The position numbers and the translations under genes were made by a program. DNA of 64,000 nt from Chloroflexi bacterium UBA4730. Its GTDB lineage: Bacteria; Chloroflexota; Limnocylindria; P2-11E. Where the stretch lies: the NCBI GenBank assembly GCA_002404155.1, contig DHJC01000023.1:98733-162732 (forward strand), written 5' to 3'. Below, in pieces: positions 54,496-62,810 of this stretch (the stretch's first letter is position 1; each line of letters opens with the position of its first letter). The notes under the pieces were generated by a model. It ran no database searches, had not been told where the DNA came from, and worked only from the letters and a program-made list of their open reading frames with translations.

Positions 54496-54968
54496 GTGCG
54501 CGACGCCCTGGGCAAGGGGAAGGGCGTCTTCGCTTCGCGACCGTTCGCCAAACCTGACGTGATCCTGGCCTTCGAGCAGGGACCGATCGTCGATCGTGAC
54601 GGGTTGACTCACCTTGGCCCGTGGGAGCGTGAACATCTTTCCGAGATCGGCATCGGTCTTTGGCGTGTCTTGCCGGAACCGCGTTGTTACCTCAATCACG
54701 CGTGCGATCCCAACGCGGTCAGCACGGACGTTGCGGTCTACGCATTGCGTCCGATCGCTCTGCACGAGGAGATCACGATCGACTACCGGCTCAATGCTTA
54801 CATCGACGGCGCGGTCTGGGTCATGCGCTGCACGTGCGATCGACGGCGCGGAAGGCACGATGTCCTCGGCGACTTCTTTCGCTTCCCGAGGCCACGCAGG
54901 AGCGCTACCTGGAGTGGGCTCCGGCATTCATCCGCGAGATGTACGCAGATCGCCGCGCGAGGAAATGA
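54496..54968 (+). pseudogene. SET-domain (lysine methyltransferase-like) gene interrupted by a 1-nt frameshift
   Basis: Frame A gives VRDALGKGKGVFASRPF...YLNHACDPNAV...HEEITIDYR...CTCDRRRGRHDVLGDFF up to 54879. The homologous C-terminus SLPEATQERYLEWAPAFIREMYADRRARK* continues in the -1 frame from 54879 to 54968. The switch point is the run TTCTTTC (54874-54880). Confidence 0.7.
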
Positions 54969-55001
54969 AGGGACCCCCGGTCTTGCGATCGGGGGTCCTT
55001 C
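54968..55001. terminator. Stem-loop between convergent genes (candidate bidirectional terminator)
   Basis: AAGGGACCCCCG (54968-54979) pairs with CGGGGGTCCTT (54990-55000) around a 10-nt loop. The minus-strand tail is TTCATTTCC. Confidence 0.5.
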
Positions 55002-55021
55002 ACTAGACCAGCCGAACGCTG

Positions 55022-55364
55022 CTAGTAGCGAGCTCCGCGCGATGCCGACGGCCGCACCTGCTCGAAGCAGGAGCTGCAGTAGACCGGCTTGTCGCCGCGA
55101 GGCTGGAACGGAACGCGTGCCTCACCGCCGCAGTTGCTGCAGGTCGCGGTGAAGAACTCGCGCGGGCCACCCATACCCCGACCACCGCCGTACATGCCGC
55201 CACCCGCGCCGCCACCGGTCGACCGGCGCGCCGCGCGGCACGACGGGCACCGGCCCGGCTCGTTCACGAGACCACGGGACTGGTAGAACTCCTGCTCTCC
55301 CGCGGTCCAGATAAATTCCTGACCGCAGTCCTTGCAGGTCAGGGTCTTGTCAGAGAAGCTCACG
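55022..55364 (-). CDS. Zinc-ribbon protein with an N-terminal CxxC...CxxC ribbon, a Gly-rich linker and a C-terminal CxxC-x17-CxxC domain
   Basis: GTG at 55364, 9 nt downstream of GGGAGGA. LTCKDCGQEFIWTAGEQEFYQSRGLVNEPGRCPSCR, then GGGAGGGMYGGGRGMGG, then ATCSNCGGEARVPFQPRGDKPVYCSSCF. Confidence 0.7.
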
Positions 55365-55463
55365 GTGAAGCTTCCTCCCTTTTTGTTTGCTGGCTTCTCG
55401 AGCCGCGCTCGGTCTCGGGAGGACTGCCTCACTCGACGCTCGCGTTGATAGCTCTTGTCGCCG

Positions 55464-56030
55464 CTACCCCCCTTTGGAGGGCGGCACGAATGTACCAGCG
55501 GGGCTGCCCGGGGGGAAGACCTCGCCCAGCCAATCGTCGTACCACTGGCCGCTGCGGAATCCGTAACGCTTCAGCAGGCCCATTTGCCGGTAGCCCGACT
55601 TCTCGTTCGCCCGGCGGCTGCCGCGATTCCGCAGCGAGATCCAGTTGTGGACGCGATGCAGCCGCATTTCCCGCCAGGCGAATTCGGTCCGGAGCCGTAC
55701 CGCCTCCGTTGCGATGCCGCGGCCATACAGATCGGCCCGGCCGATGAAGATCCCGCTCTCGCAATCGCGCGCGACCCAGTCGATGTCGAAGAGCCCGGCG
55801 AAGCCGACGGTCTCGTCCTCGTACGCGATCGACCAGATGACGCGCGTCGGATCGTCCGCGTTCTTCTTGTGTCGCTCCGCGAAGGCTTCGTCACGGAAGT
55901 CGGCGGTGCGACCACCCCAGAAGCGCGTCGTCTCGGGCTCCAGCATCCACCGAACGAAGATCTTGGCGTCGTCGAGCGTCGGCGCCCGGAGCGTCACGCC
56001 GTTCTTGCCGTCGAGGCGCGGTCCGAACAT
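55464..56030 (-). CDS. GNAT-family N-acetyltransferase (RimJ/RimL-like), copy 1
   Basis: LRAPTLDDAKIFVRWM...WSIAYEDETVGFAGLFDIDW...YGRGIATEAVRLRTEFAWREMRLHRV...N..SRRANEKSGYRQ. Confidence 0.8.
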   Translation of the reverse strand: MFGPRLDGKNGVTLRAPTLDDAKIFVRWMLEPETTRFWGGRTADFRDEAFAERHKKNADDPTRVIWSIAYEDETVGFAGLFDIDWVARDCESGIFIGRADLYGRGIATEAVRLRTEFAWREMRLHRVHNWISLRNRGSRRANEKSGYRQMGLLKRYGFRSGQWYDDWLGEVFPPGSPAGTFVPPSKGG

Positions 56031-56627
56031 CTAACGCTCGCTGTCTTCGCCCAGCGGCGGGTACTCGCGTTCGTCCGGCCAGCGTTCGTTCCAGGTGTCG
56101 CGCTCCATTTGATACAGGTACTGATCGACGTAGGCGCCGTCGCGGTAATACACGCCGTGCCCGTGGCCGAAGCGCACGTAGCCGAGCCGTTCCAGGATGC
56201 GCTGCCGTCCGACGTCGTCCGCGGCGACTCGGTCGATGGCCGCGAGCCGCAGGTTCATGAAGTCGAACGCCCACCGGTGGAGCGTGAGTGCCGCGTCCCA
56301 GCCGTATCCCTTGCGCGCGTGCTCGGGATCGATGACGAACTGGTCGATCGAGATGCCGTCGGCGTGCGGCGCGCCGTCGAAGTGGATCCGCGCGTAGCCC
56401 ACGAGCTGATCGGCGGCAGCAATGGACCAGAGCACGCTCGACTTGTCCTTCGCCTGCTCCGTCCACCGTTCCTTCCAGGTCGCGGTGGCCGCGGGCTCGT
56501 GCCAGCGGCCGACCGGCCCGGCCCGCCGGATGCGCATGTCGGCCGCCCAGCGCTTGTGCGCCTCGAGATCCGCATCCGCCGGCACGCGCAGCGTCGTTTT
56601 CCTGCCGCGCACCGTCCCACCGAACAT
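56031..56627 (-). CDS. GNAT-family N-acetyltransferase, copy 2 (tandem paralog)
   Basis: LRVPADADLEAHKRW...WSIAAADQLVGYARIHFDG...ARKGYGWDAALTLHRWAFDFMNLRLAAI...RILERLGYV. Its stop abuts the start of copy 1. Confidence 0.75.
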   Translation of the reverse strand: MFGGTVRGRKTTLRVPADADLEAHKRWAADMRIRRAGPVGRWHEPAATATWKERWTEQAKDKSSVLWSIAAADQLVGYARIHFDGAPHADGISIDQFVIDPEHARKGYGWDAALTLHRWAFDFMNLRLAAIDRVAADDVGRQRILERLGYVRFGHGHGVYYRDGAYVDQYLYQMERDTWNERWPDEREYPPLGEDSER

Positions 56628-56644
56628 GGCGTGGAGTGTAGGAA

Positions 56645-58048
56645 CTACGTCGCGGCGGGAAGGTGGATCGCGAACTCCGCGCCGCCGCCGGGCGCGTTCC
56701 GCGCGTCGATCGATCCACCGTGCGCTTGGGCGATGGCCTGCGCGATCGCCAGTCCGAGGCCCGCGCCCGCGCGCGCAGCCGCGTTATCCCCACGCCAGAA
56801 GCGCGCGAACAACTTGCGCTCGGTGCCGGGCGGCAGGCCGGTGCCCTGATCGCGCACGCGGACGACGATCTCGCCGGCGAGGCGCTCTCCGTTCACGTGG
56901 ACGATCGCGCCGCGGGGCGAATGCTTCACCGCGTTGTCGAGCACGTTGATGAATAGCTGCGACAGCCGATCGGGATCGCCCACGACCGGGAGCACGCCGG
57001 CCTGGACGTCGAACGACACGCCGGCCTCACGTGCCTGGACGTCGAGCGCCGCGACCGCGCCGCGCAGCAGATCCGTGGCGGCGACCTGCTCGTGGGCGAG
57101 ACGCTGAACGCCCGCCTCCAGCTTCGCGACCTGCAACAGTCCCTCGACCATCCGCACCAGCCGCCGGGCCTCACGCTGGATGACCTCGGCGGCGCGCGGC
57201 ACGCCGTCACCGCGGGCCTCGCCTTCGGCGATCGCCTGCGCGAATCCGTGGATCGACGTGAGCGGCGTGCGGAGCTCGTGCGAGATGTCCGCGAGGAACG
57301 CCTGCTCGCTGGCACGGGCGCGTTCGATCTCGCCGGCCATCTCGTTGAACGCGCCACCCAGCGCCTGCACTTCCGTCGGTCCCGCGAGCGGGACCCGCGC
57401 GGTCTGATCCGAGGCGAACGCGCGCACGCCGCCGACGAGCCGGCGCAGCGGGCTGGTGATCGTGCGCGCGAGGAGACCGGCGACGACGAGCGCGAAGCCC
57501 GCCGCGATGATCCCCGCGATCACGAGCGAGGGGAGCAGCGCCCGGATCACGTCGGCGAACACGGCGCGCGGTCGCGCGACGACGATGAACCCCTGGCCGC
57601 CGGCGCCGAGGGCGGCAGTGCGTAGCTGCTGCTGCACGAAGATCCAGACCTCGCCGTCCTGGTCGGTGAATTGACCGATACCGGTCGCATCGACGACCGG
57701 GAGGCGCGCGTTGAGCATCGTGGCACCGCTATCGAGGAGCACGCGCCGCTGCGCGTTGTTCGGGGTGGGGTTGTTGCCCGGGCTCACGATGAGCACGCGC
57801 GCGTTCGCGGCCTGCACCTGCTCTTCCAGGCTCGCGATCGCGTCGCGCGGCTGCACGCCGTTGCGGACGGCGGTCTGGATCGCGGTCTGGAACGGCGCGG
57901 CCAGCTCCTGCAGGCGGATGCGCGTGACGTCGTTCTCGTACTTCAATAGGAGACCGCCGATCGCGAGACCGGCGACGAGCAGACCGACCGCGACGACCGC
58001 GAGATATGAGAGGAACAACCGTCCGGCGATGCTGCGCAGCGGATCCAT
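56645..58048 (-). CDS. Two-TM sensor histidine kinase (HAMP + HisKA + HATPase_c)
   Basis: ATG at 58048 overlaps the response-regulator stop (ATGA). TM1 is LFLSYLAVVAVGLLVAGLAIGGLLL and TM2 is LLPSLVIAGIIAAGFALVVAGLL. The H-box is [19 protein letters not shown], the N-box is NVLDNAVKHSP, and the G-boxes are DQGTGL and GAGLGLAIAQAIA. Confidence 0.9.
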   Translation of the reverse strand: MDPLRSIAGRLFLSYLAVVAVGLLVAGLAIGGLLLKYENDVTRIRLQELAAPFQTAIQTAVRNGVQPRDAIASLEEQVQAANARVLIVSPGNNPTPNNAQRRVLLDSGATMLNARLPVVDATGIGQFTDQDGEVWIFVQQQLRTAALGAGGQGFIVVARPRAVFADVIRALLPSLVIAGIIAAGFALVVAGLLARTITSPLRRLVGGVRAFASDQTARVPLAGPTEVQALGGAFNEMAGEIERARASEQAFLADISHELRTPLTSIHGFAQAIAEGEARGDGVPRAAEVIQREARRLVRMVEGLLQVAKLEAGVQRLAHEQVAATDLLRGAVAALDVQAREAGVSFDVQAGVLPVVGDPDRLSQLFINVLDNAVKHSPRGAIVHVNGERLAGEIVVRVRDQGTGLPPGTERKLFARFWRGDNAAARAGAGLGLAIAQAIAQAHGGSIDARNAPGGGAEFAIHLPAAT

Positions 58049-58725
58049 CACGCCGGCGGGACGAGCTTGTACCCGACGCCCCAGACGGTCTCGATCTTCG
58101 CCTTCGCGCCGTTCAGCTTGTCGCGCAGCTGCTTCACGTGGACGTCCACCGTCCGCGTCTCGCCGGGATATGCGAAGCCCCACACGTTCTCGAGGAGCTT
58201 GTCCCGGGTGAGGACAATGCCTGGTTGCCGGCAGAACGCCTCGAGGAGCTCGAACTCCTTCGCGCGCAGCGACACCTGCTGCCCGTCGACCGTCACTTCG
58301 TGTTTCGCTGGATCGAGCGTGAGGTTTCCGATCTCGAGCGGCCGCGTCCCGCCGCTGCCCGTCGCGCGACGGATCACGGCGTTCACGCGCGCGACGAGCT
58401 CGCGCGGGTTGAACGGCTTCGTCAGGTAATCGTCGAGACCTGCGTCGAGCCCCGCGATCGTTTGCACATCTTCCGCCCGTGCGGTCAGGGCCACGACGGG
58501 AGCGTCGTGCTTCCGCCGAAACTCGGCGAAGAGCTCGAGGCCGTCGGCGTCGGGAAGGCCGAGATCGAGCACGACGCACGCCGGTGCCCCGCGGGTGAAC
58601 GCCTCGCGGGCCTCCGCTCCGGTCGCACAGTGCTCGACGACGAAGCCGGCGTTCTTGAGGTACAGGGTCACGAGCTCGGCCACCGATGGGTCGTCCTCGA
58701 TGACCACGACACGCGTGCCGCTCAC
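58048..58725 (-). CDS. OmpR/PhoB-family response regulator
   Basis: VVVIEDDPSVAEL...CVVLDLGLPDADGLEL...VVALTARAE...DDYLTKPF, with the winged-helix C-terminus LRAKEFELLEAFCRQPGIVLTRDKLLENVWG...RTVDVHVKQLRDKL. Confidence 0.9.
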   Translation of the reverse strand: MSGTRVVVIEDDPSVAELVTLYLKNAGFVVEHCATGAEAREAFTRGAPACVVLDLGLPDADGLELFAEFRRKHDAPVVALTARAEDVQTIAGLDAGLDDYLTKPFNPRELVARVNAVIRRATGSGGTRPLEIGNLTLDPAKHEVTVDGQQVSLRAKEFELLEAFCRQPGIVLTRDKLLENVWGFAYPGETRTVDVHVKQLRDKLNGAKAKIETVWGVGYKLVPPA

Positions 58726-58746
58726 GCCTCGAATGCTAGGGCGGTG

Positions 58747-59442
58747 CTAGACGGCGACCGCCAGCGGGTGGGTGAGCGCGTCGGCCACCGCTTGGACCTG
58801 ACGCGCCGAGGTTTCCGATCGCGTGGCCCGCGAGCGCATGCGCTCGGCAAGGGCCTCGATGCCGCAGACGACCGGGACGGGCGAGCTCGCGCAATCATCG
58901 CCGGTCCCGCGCTCGAGGAGGACGTACGCGTCGACATTCGTGCGAATGTGACCGCCGCCGGAGATATCGGTCCGCACGCGCGTCGCGTTGTCCCGCGCGC
59001 GACGCGACGGCGAGTCGGCGAGGTGGTGGAGGCCCTGCGCCTCGACGCGATGCCAGCCGTCGTTGTAGCAACCGAAGACCGCGTCCTCACCCAGCGGCTC
59101 GATGGCGAAGATGCCCGACGGCCCGACGACCACGACCGGCACGACCGGACCGCCGTCACGCGGCGGGTATTCGGTGAGCACGACGTACTGCGGGCCGAGC
59201 GCCGTCGTCAGCTTGTCGGCGACGCGCTCCGCGAGCCTGCCGCCGTCGCGGGCACCGAGTGCGCGGATGCACTCGCGCACGGAGAGGACGAGCGGCGGGA
59301 GTATGAGCGCGTAGAAGAGCGGACCGGCAAGCTCCTTCGCCACGGCCGCGGTGCCGAGCGCGAGAGCCAGCCAGAAACACGCGGCGCGCAGATTGCGCCG
59401 CCAACGCACCGGCCGTGTCGCCCTGGAAGCAAGGATCGCCAC
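58747..59442 (-). CDS. NERD-domain protein with two N-terminal TM segments
   Basis: TM segments are LRAACFWLALALGTAAVA and LFYALILPPLVLSV. The NERD-like core is YVVLTEYPPRDGGPVVPVVVVGPSGIFAIEP...WHRV. Confidence 0.65.
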   Translation of the reverse strand: MAILASRATRPVRWRRNLRAACFWLALALGTAAVAKELAGPLFYALILPPLVLSVRECIRALGARDGGRLAERVADKLTTALGPQYVVLTEYPPRDGGPVVPVVVVGPSGIFAIEPLGEDAVFGCYNDGWHRVEAQGLHHLADSPSRRARDNATRVRTDISGGGHIRTNVDAYVLLERGTGDDCASSPVPVVCGIEALAERMRSRATRSETSARQVQAVADALTHPLAVAV

Positions 59443-59552
59443 GGAGTCACTCCCTTATGTCGCCGCCCGCTGGTGAGGACTCGATGCTCGCCCCCCGCCC
59501 GCGAGGGGACAAGTAGGAGAGTCGTACTAGAGGTCCGGTTAGCCTCGACCGG

Positions 59553-60584
59553 ATGTCACTCCGATCCGAGATCGCCGAGCAGCCCGTGGCCGTCCGGCGG
59601 CTCCTCGAAGTCGGCTGGCCCGAGGCCCGCACCCTCGCCCGACCCTTGGCGGCCGGCGAGCACCTGACCATCGCCGGCCGAGGCTCGTCGGACAACGCCG
59701 CCACCTACGGGAAATACCTGTTCGAGAGCCTCGCCGGCCTGGTCACCGCCCTCGCCGCCCCGTCGCTGGTGACCCGCTACCGGACCCCGCCGAACTTCGC
59801 GCGCGGCGCCGTCATCGGGATCTCCCAGTCCGGCGCCGCGCCCGACGTCGCCGCCGTGCTCGCCGAGGCCCGTGCGGTCCGGGCGCCCACGGTGGCCATC
59901 ACGAACCGCGCCTCCTCCCTATTGGCCCGCACGGCCCAGGAGACGTTCCTCCTCCGGTGTGGCCCCGAGCGTTCGGTCGCCGCGACGAAGACGTACACCG
60001 CGACCTGCGTCGCGCTCGCGCTGCTCGCGGCGAACGCCGCGGAGTCGCGCGGCCGCAGCGCGCTGTCGCTCGCCGGTCTCGTCGAGAGCGTCGCTGAGGC
60101 CGAGGGCACGGAGCGCGATGCCGATCGCGTGGCGCGCAAGATCGGGAAAGCGCGCGCGATCGTGGTGCTTGGCCGGGGCTACGAGTACGCGACGGCCCTT
60201 GAGGCGGCACTCAAGATCAAGGAGCTTGCGCGCGTCTGGGCCGAGCCGTACTCGAGCGCGGACTTCGCCCACGGCCCGATCGCGCTCCTCGAGACGGGCG
60301 TTCCAGTCCTGCTCTTTGGCGCGCGCGGCGCGGCGCAGTCAGAGGCCCGGGCGCTCTCGCGCACGTTGCGGTCGAAGGGCGCGCGGGTCTACGCGGTGAC
60401 GAACGATCCGGGGATGGCCGAGCTCGCCGACGACGCCGTGCTCCTGCGCGCGCCGCTCTCAGAGGCGCTCACGCCGATCAGCTTCGCCGTCGTGGCGCAG
60501 CTCGTCGCGCTCTGCCTCGCACGCCGGCTCGGGCGCGACGTGGAGCGCCCGCGCGGCCTTTCGAAGGTGACCCGGACCCGCTAG
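59553..60584 (+). CDS. Tandem-SIS-domain sugar isomerase/deaminase (GlmS isomerase-domain-like, no glutaminase domain)
   Basis: EIAEQPVAV...IAGRGSSDNAATYGKYLFE...GISQSGAAPDV...AITN...VAATKTYTA...VLGRGYEYATALEAALKIKE... The GlmS-like tail is ERPRGLSKVTRTR*. Confidence 0.85.
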   Translation: MSLRSEIAEQPVAVRRLLEVGWPEARTLARPLAAGEHLTIAGRGSSDNAATYGKYLFESLAGLVTALAAPSLVTRYRTPPNFARGAVIGISQSGAAPDVAAVLAEARAVRAPTVAITNRASSLLARTAQETFLLRCGPERSVAATKTYTATCVALALLAANAAESRGRSALSLAGLVESVAEAEGTERDADRVARKIGKARAIVVLGRGYEYATALEAALKIKELARVWAEPYSSADFAHGPIALLETGVPVLLFGARGAAQSEARALSRTLRSKGARVYAVTNDPGMAELADDAVLLRAPLSEALTPISFAVVAQLVALCLARRLGRDVERPRGLSKVTRTR

Positions 60585-61020
60585 CGCGTTTCCGCGGGGC
60601 GGGCTTCCGGACGGTCTCGGATCGGGGCGCCGCACCGGCCTTAACGGTGGCCTTCTGCGCCGGCGCGGACTTCTGCGTGCTTGCGCCCTTTGGAGCGGCT
60701 GCGCCCTTTGGAGCGGCTGCGCCCTTTGGAGCGGCTGCGCCCTTTGGAGCAGCTGCGCCTTTGAGAGAGAAGTCGACGGTCAGCTCGTAGCCGTACACCG
60801 TCGCGAGTCGCGCGAGCGACCGGAGCGACGGCAGATAGCGTGGGTCTTCCATGCGCCGGAGCTGCGTCTGCGAGGTCCCGAGCTTGCGCGCGGCGGCCCG
60901 CTCCGACAGTCCGGCCGAGTGGCGAAGGTCGCTCACGGAGCGCGCGACCGCGCTCGCGAGCGGATCGGGCGGCAGCTGCTGCGCTGCCGCAAGGGTCGTG
61001 TCCTTCAGTGTCTCCCGCAC
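60478..61020 (-). CDS. XRE-family HTH protein with a basic low-complexity tail containing (KGAAAP)n
   Basis: The HTH is LRHSAGLSERAAARKLGTSQTQLRRMEDP. The tail is KGAAAPKGAAAPKGAAAPKGAAAPKGAS...RKPAPRKRA.... The frame stays open to 60478, overlapping the convergent SIS gene by 107 nt. Confidence 0.65.
   Translation of the reverse strand: MRETLKDTTLAAAQQLPPDPLASAVARSVSDLRHSAGLSERAAARKLGTSQTQLRRMEDPRYLPSLRSLARLATVYGYELTVDFSLKGAAAPKGAAAPKGAAAPKGAAAPKGASTQKSAPAQKATVKAGAAPRSETVRKPAPRKRASGSGSPSKGRAGAPRRARAGVRGRARRAAPRRRS
60683..60754. repeat. 18-bp tandem repeat GCGCCCTTTGGAGCGGCT x4 (last copy carries 1 mismatch), coding KGAAAP on the minus strand
   Basis: Copies lie at 60683-60700, 60701-60718, 60719-60736 and 60737-60754 (G to A at 60751). 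Degenerate copies flank both sides. Confidence 0.95.
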
Positions 61021-61086
61021 CCGTAGATGGTATCGGGCGGTCCGGTGCGTCCGTACATAGGACGAACGTACTGTCGATAAGAGTCG

Positions 61087-62049
61087 TTACCGTTCCGCTT
61101 CCGCCGCGAAGGCGTCGATCACGTCGCGCTTCTCCGTGTCGTATGCGAACAGGATCGCGCCGTCGCACCCGGCATCGCGCGCAGCGCGCACGTGATCGCG
61201 CATGAGTGCACGTTCCCCGTCGTACGCCATCAGCCCACCCCACATGGGTGTTGACGGAGCGGCGCCGCGCGCCGCGCCGAGCAGCCGGCGTACCTCCGCG
61301 GTATCGGTCCGGTACGCCATCGGGCAGACGAGGTCGATCAGCTTCTCCGCGGCCCACTCGGGCCATCGCTGCAGGACGCGCTCGCGCGCGACCGCCGGAT
61401 CCGGGAAGACGGCGGCGGAGATGACGATCTCCGGCCGCGCCGCACGGAGCCGTGCGGATGTCTCGCGCACGAGCGCGGTGATCGCCCGGTGGTCATCGGG
61501 TGACCTCGCATACGTCGCCTGCGGGTAGCGGATGTAGTCGTGGTGGAAGCCCTCGACCGCGTACCGCCGCACGATGTCCGTGAAGACCTCCACCGTGTGC
61601 GAGCGTGCCGCCGCGTTCGTGGGATCGATGTAGGTTCCCTCCCAGTCGCTCCCGCCGACCGGATCGAGGTACCGCACGCCGTCGGGCCGAAGGAGCCAGT
61701 CCGGATGGGCGTTCACGAGGTGGGCCGGCGACCGAGGAAGGCTGTCACCCGGGCTCGACCAGACAAAGGTCCCGTTCGCCCAGGCGTGGATGCGCACGCC
61801 GACGGCAGCGCCCCCGCGCACGAGATGCGCGAGTGGATCGAGGGCCGGGTCCTCGAGCGCCTCGGCCCGCGGTTCGAGCGCGCTCGCGTAGTACGCATCG
61901 CCGCGGCCCCGCACCTGGACGACGAGGTCGCGGATGTTCCAGCCGACGCTGTCCGCAAGGAGGTCGTCGATCCCGCGCGTCGTCGTGATCCGGTCGCGCA
62001 CGACCCACAGCGCCTTTTGAAATGAGCCGCGGGCGCTTGCGAAGATCAT
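61087..62049 (-). CDS. Glycoside-hydrolase-like GHL10 (DUF187/YngK-like) TIM-barrel protein
   Basis: ALWVVRDRITT...VVQVRGRGDAYYAS...VRIHAWAN...AHPDWLL...YIDPTN...VEGFHHDYIRYP...LVCPMAY. No signal peptide is recognisable at the annotated start. Confidence 0.7.
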   Translation of the reverse strand: MIFASARGSFQKALWVVRDRITTTRGIDDLLADSVGWNIRDLVVQVRGRGDAYYASALEPRAEALEDPALDPLAHLVRGGAAVGVRIHAWANGTFVWSSPGDSLPRSPAHLVNAHPDWLLRPDGVRYLDPVGGSDWEGTYIDPTNAAARSHTVEVFTDIVRRYAVEGFHHDYIRYPQATYARSPDDHRAITALVRETSARLRAARPEIVISAAVFPDPAVARERVLQRWPEWAAEKLIDLVCPMAYRTDTAEVRRLLGAARGAAPSTPMWGGLMAYDGERALMRDHVRAARDAGCDGAILFAYDTEKRDVIDAFAAEAER

Positions 62050-62810
62050 CGGACGGCGGTGTAGGTCGAGAGCGTGATGCCGTTCCGCGCGATCGCGGTC
62101 TTGATGCGCGGATCGGTGAGGGTCGCGAGCTCGGCGACCCGAAGCGCGGCGTAGGTCGACGTGCGCGCGAGCTCCGCGTCGGGCTCACCGGGATGGCAGC
62201 CGAGCTCGGTCACCCCAGCGTCGATCTCGGCGAGGATCCGCTCGAGCGTCGGGATATCCACGTGGTCGTCGTGCTGGAAGTCGCGGCGGTAGCGATCGAC
62301 GGTCGGTACGCCGGCCGCGCGAAGCCGATCGCGTTGCACGTCGTCGTGCGGTCGCACGGCGGTGCCCGTCTCGCTCGCAAGCGCGATGACGGCCCACTCG
62401 AGCGCGGGCTCGTCGTGCAGCCAATGGTGGGAGTCGAGGTGCGTAGGCGCGCGCCCGAGGAGCTCGCGGGCCCGCGCGAATTGCGCGCGGTACTCGGTCA
62501 ATGCCTCATCGCGATCCGCGCGGCCCGTTCCGAGGAACGCGGCCCGCACCCGCGGGAACGATCCGTCGCGCTCCACGAGCGACGGGACCGCCCCGGGATC
62601 GGAGATCGGCCGCCCGTACGTGAGGGTCAGATGCACGCCGACATCGAGTGATGGGGTCGCCCGGGCGGCGCGTGCCGCAGCGTCCGCCGCGGGCGCGCTC
62701 ACCATGAGCGTCGTCGCGGTGACGATCCCGTCGCGGTGGGCCCGCAGGATGCCCGCGTTCACGCCGCGAGCGCGCCCGAAGTCATCCGCGTTGACGATCA
62801 GCCGCTTCAT
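62046..62810 (-). CDS. ChbG/YdjC-family carbohydrate deacetylase
   Basis: MKRLIVNADDFGRARGVNAGILRAHRDGIVTATTLMV...VGVHLTLT...LDSHHWLH is the YdjC signature (DDFG, H-x-H). Confidence 0.85.
   Translation of the reverse strand: MKRLIVNADDFGRARGVNAGILRAHRDGIVTATTLMVSAPAADAAARAARATPSLDVGVHLTLTYGRPISDPGAVPSLVERDGSFPRVRAAFLGTGRADRDEALTEYRAQFARARELLGRAPTHLDSHHWLHDEPALEWAVIALASETGTAVRPHDDVQRDRLRAAGVPTVDRYRRDFQHDDHVDIPTLERILAEIDAGVTELGCHPGEPDAELARTSTYAALRVAELATLTDPRIKTAIARNGITLSTYTAVR

Noticed and set aside
54660-54968. 102-aa ORF in the track treated as an independent gene.
   Set aside because: Only its last roughly 30 aa are meaningful, and they are the displaced C-terminus of the SET-domain gene. 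The rest is an out-of-frame reading of the SET domain.
59515-59552. GTCGTACTAGAGGTC and CCGGT-N8-ACCGG just upstream of the SIS gene, considered as a DasR/NagR (dre-like) operator.
   Set aside because: Only about half the positions match the TGGTCTAGACCA core, and no GntR-family regulator lies in the cluster. The match is too weak to call.
60683-60754. 18-bp tandem repeat as a possible minisatellite or CRISPR fragment.
   Set aside because: The copies are contiguous with no spacers, and the unit is divisible by 3 inside an open frame (KGAAAP). I reported it as a coding tandem repeat instead.
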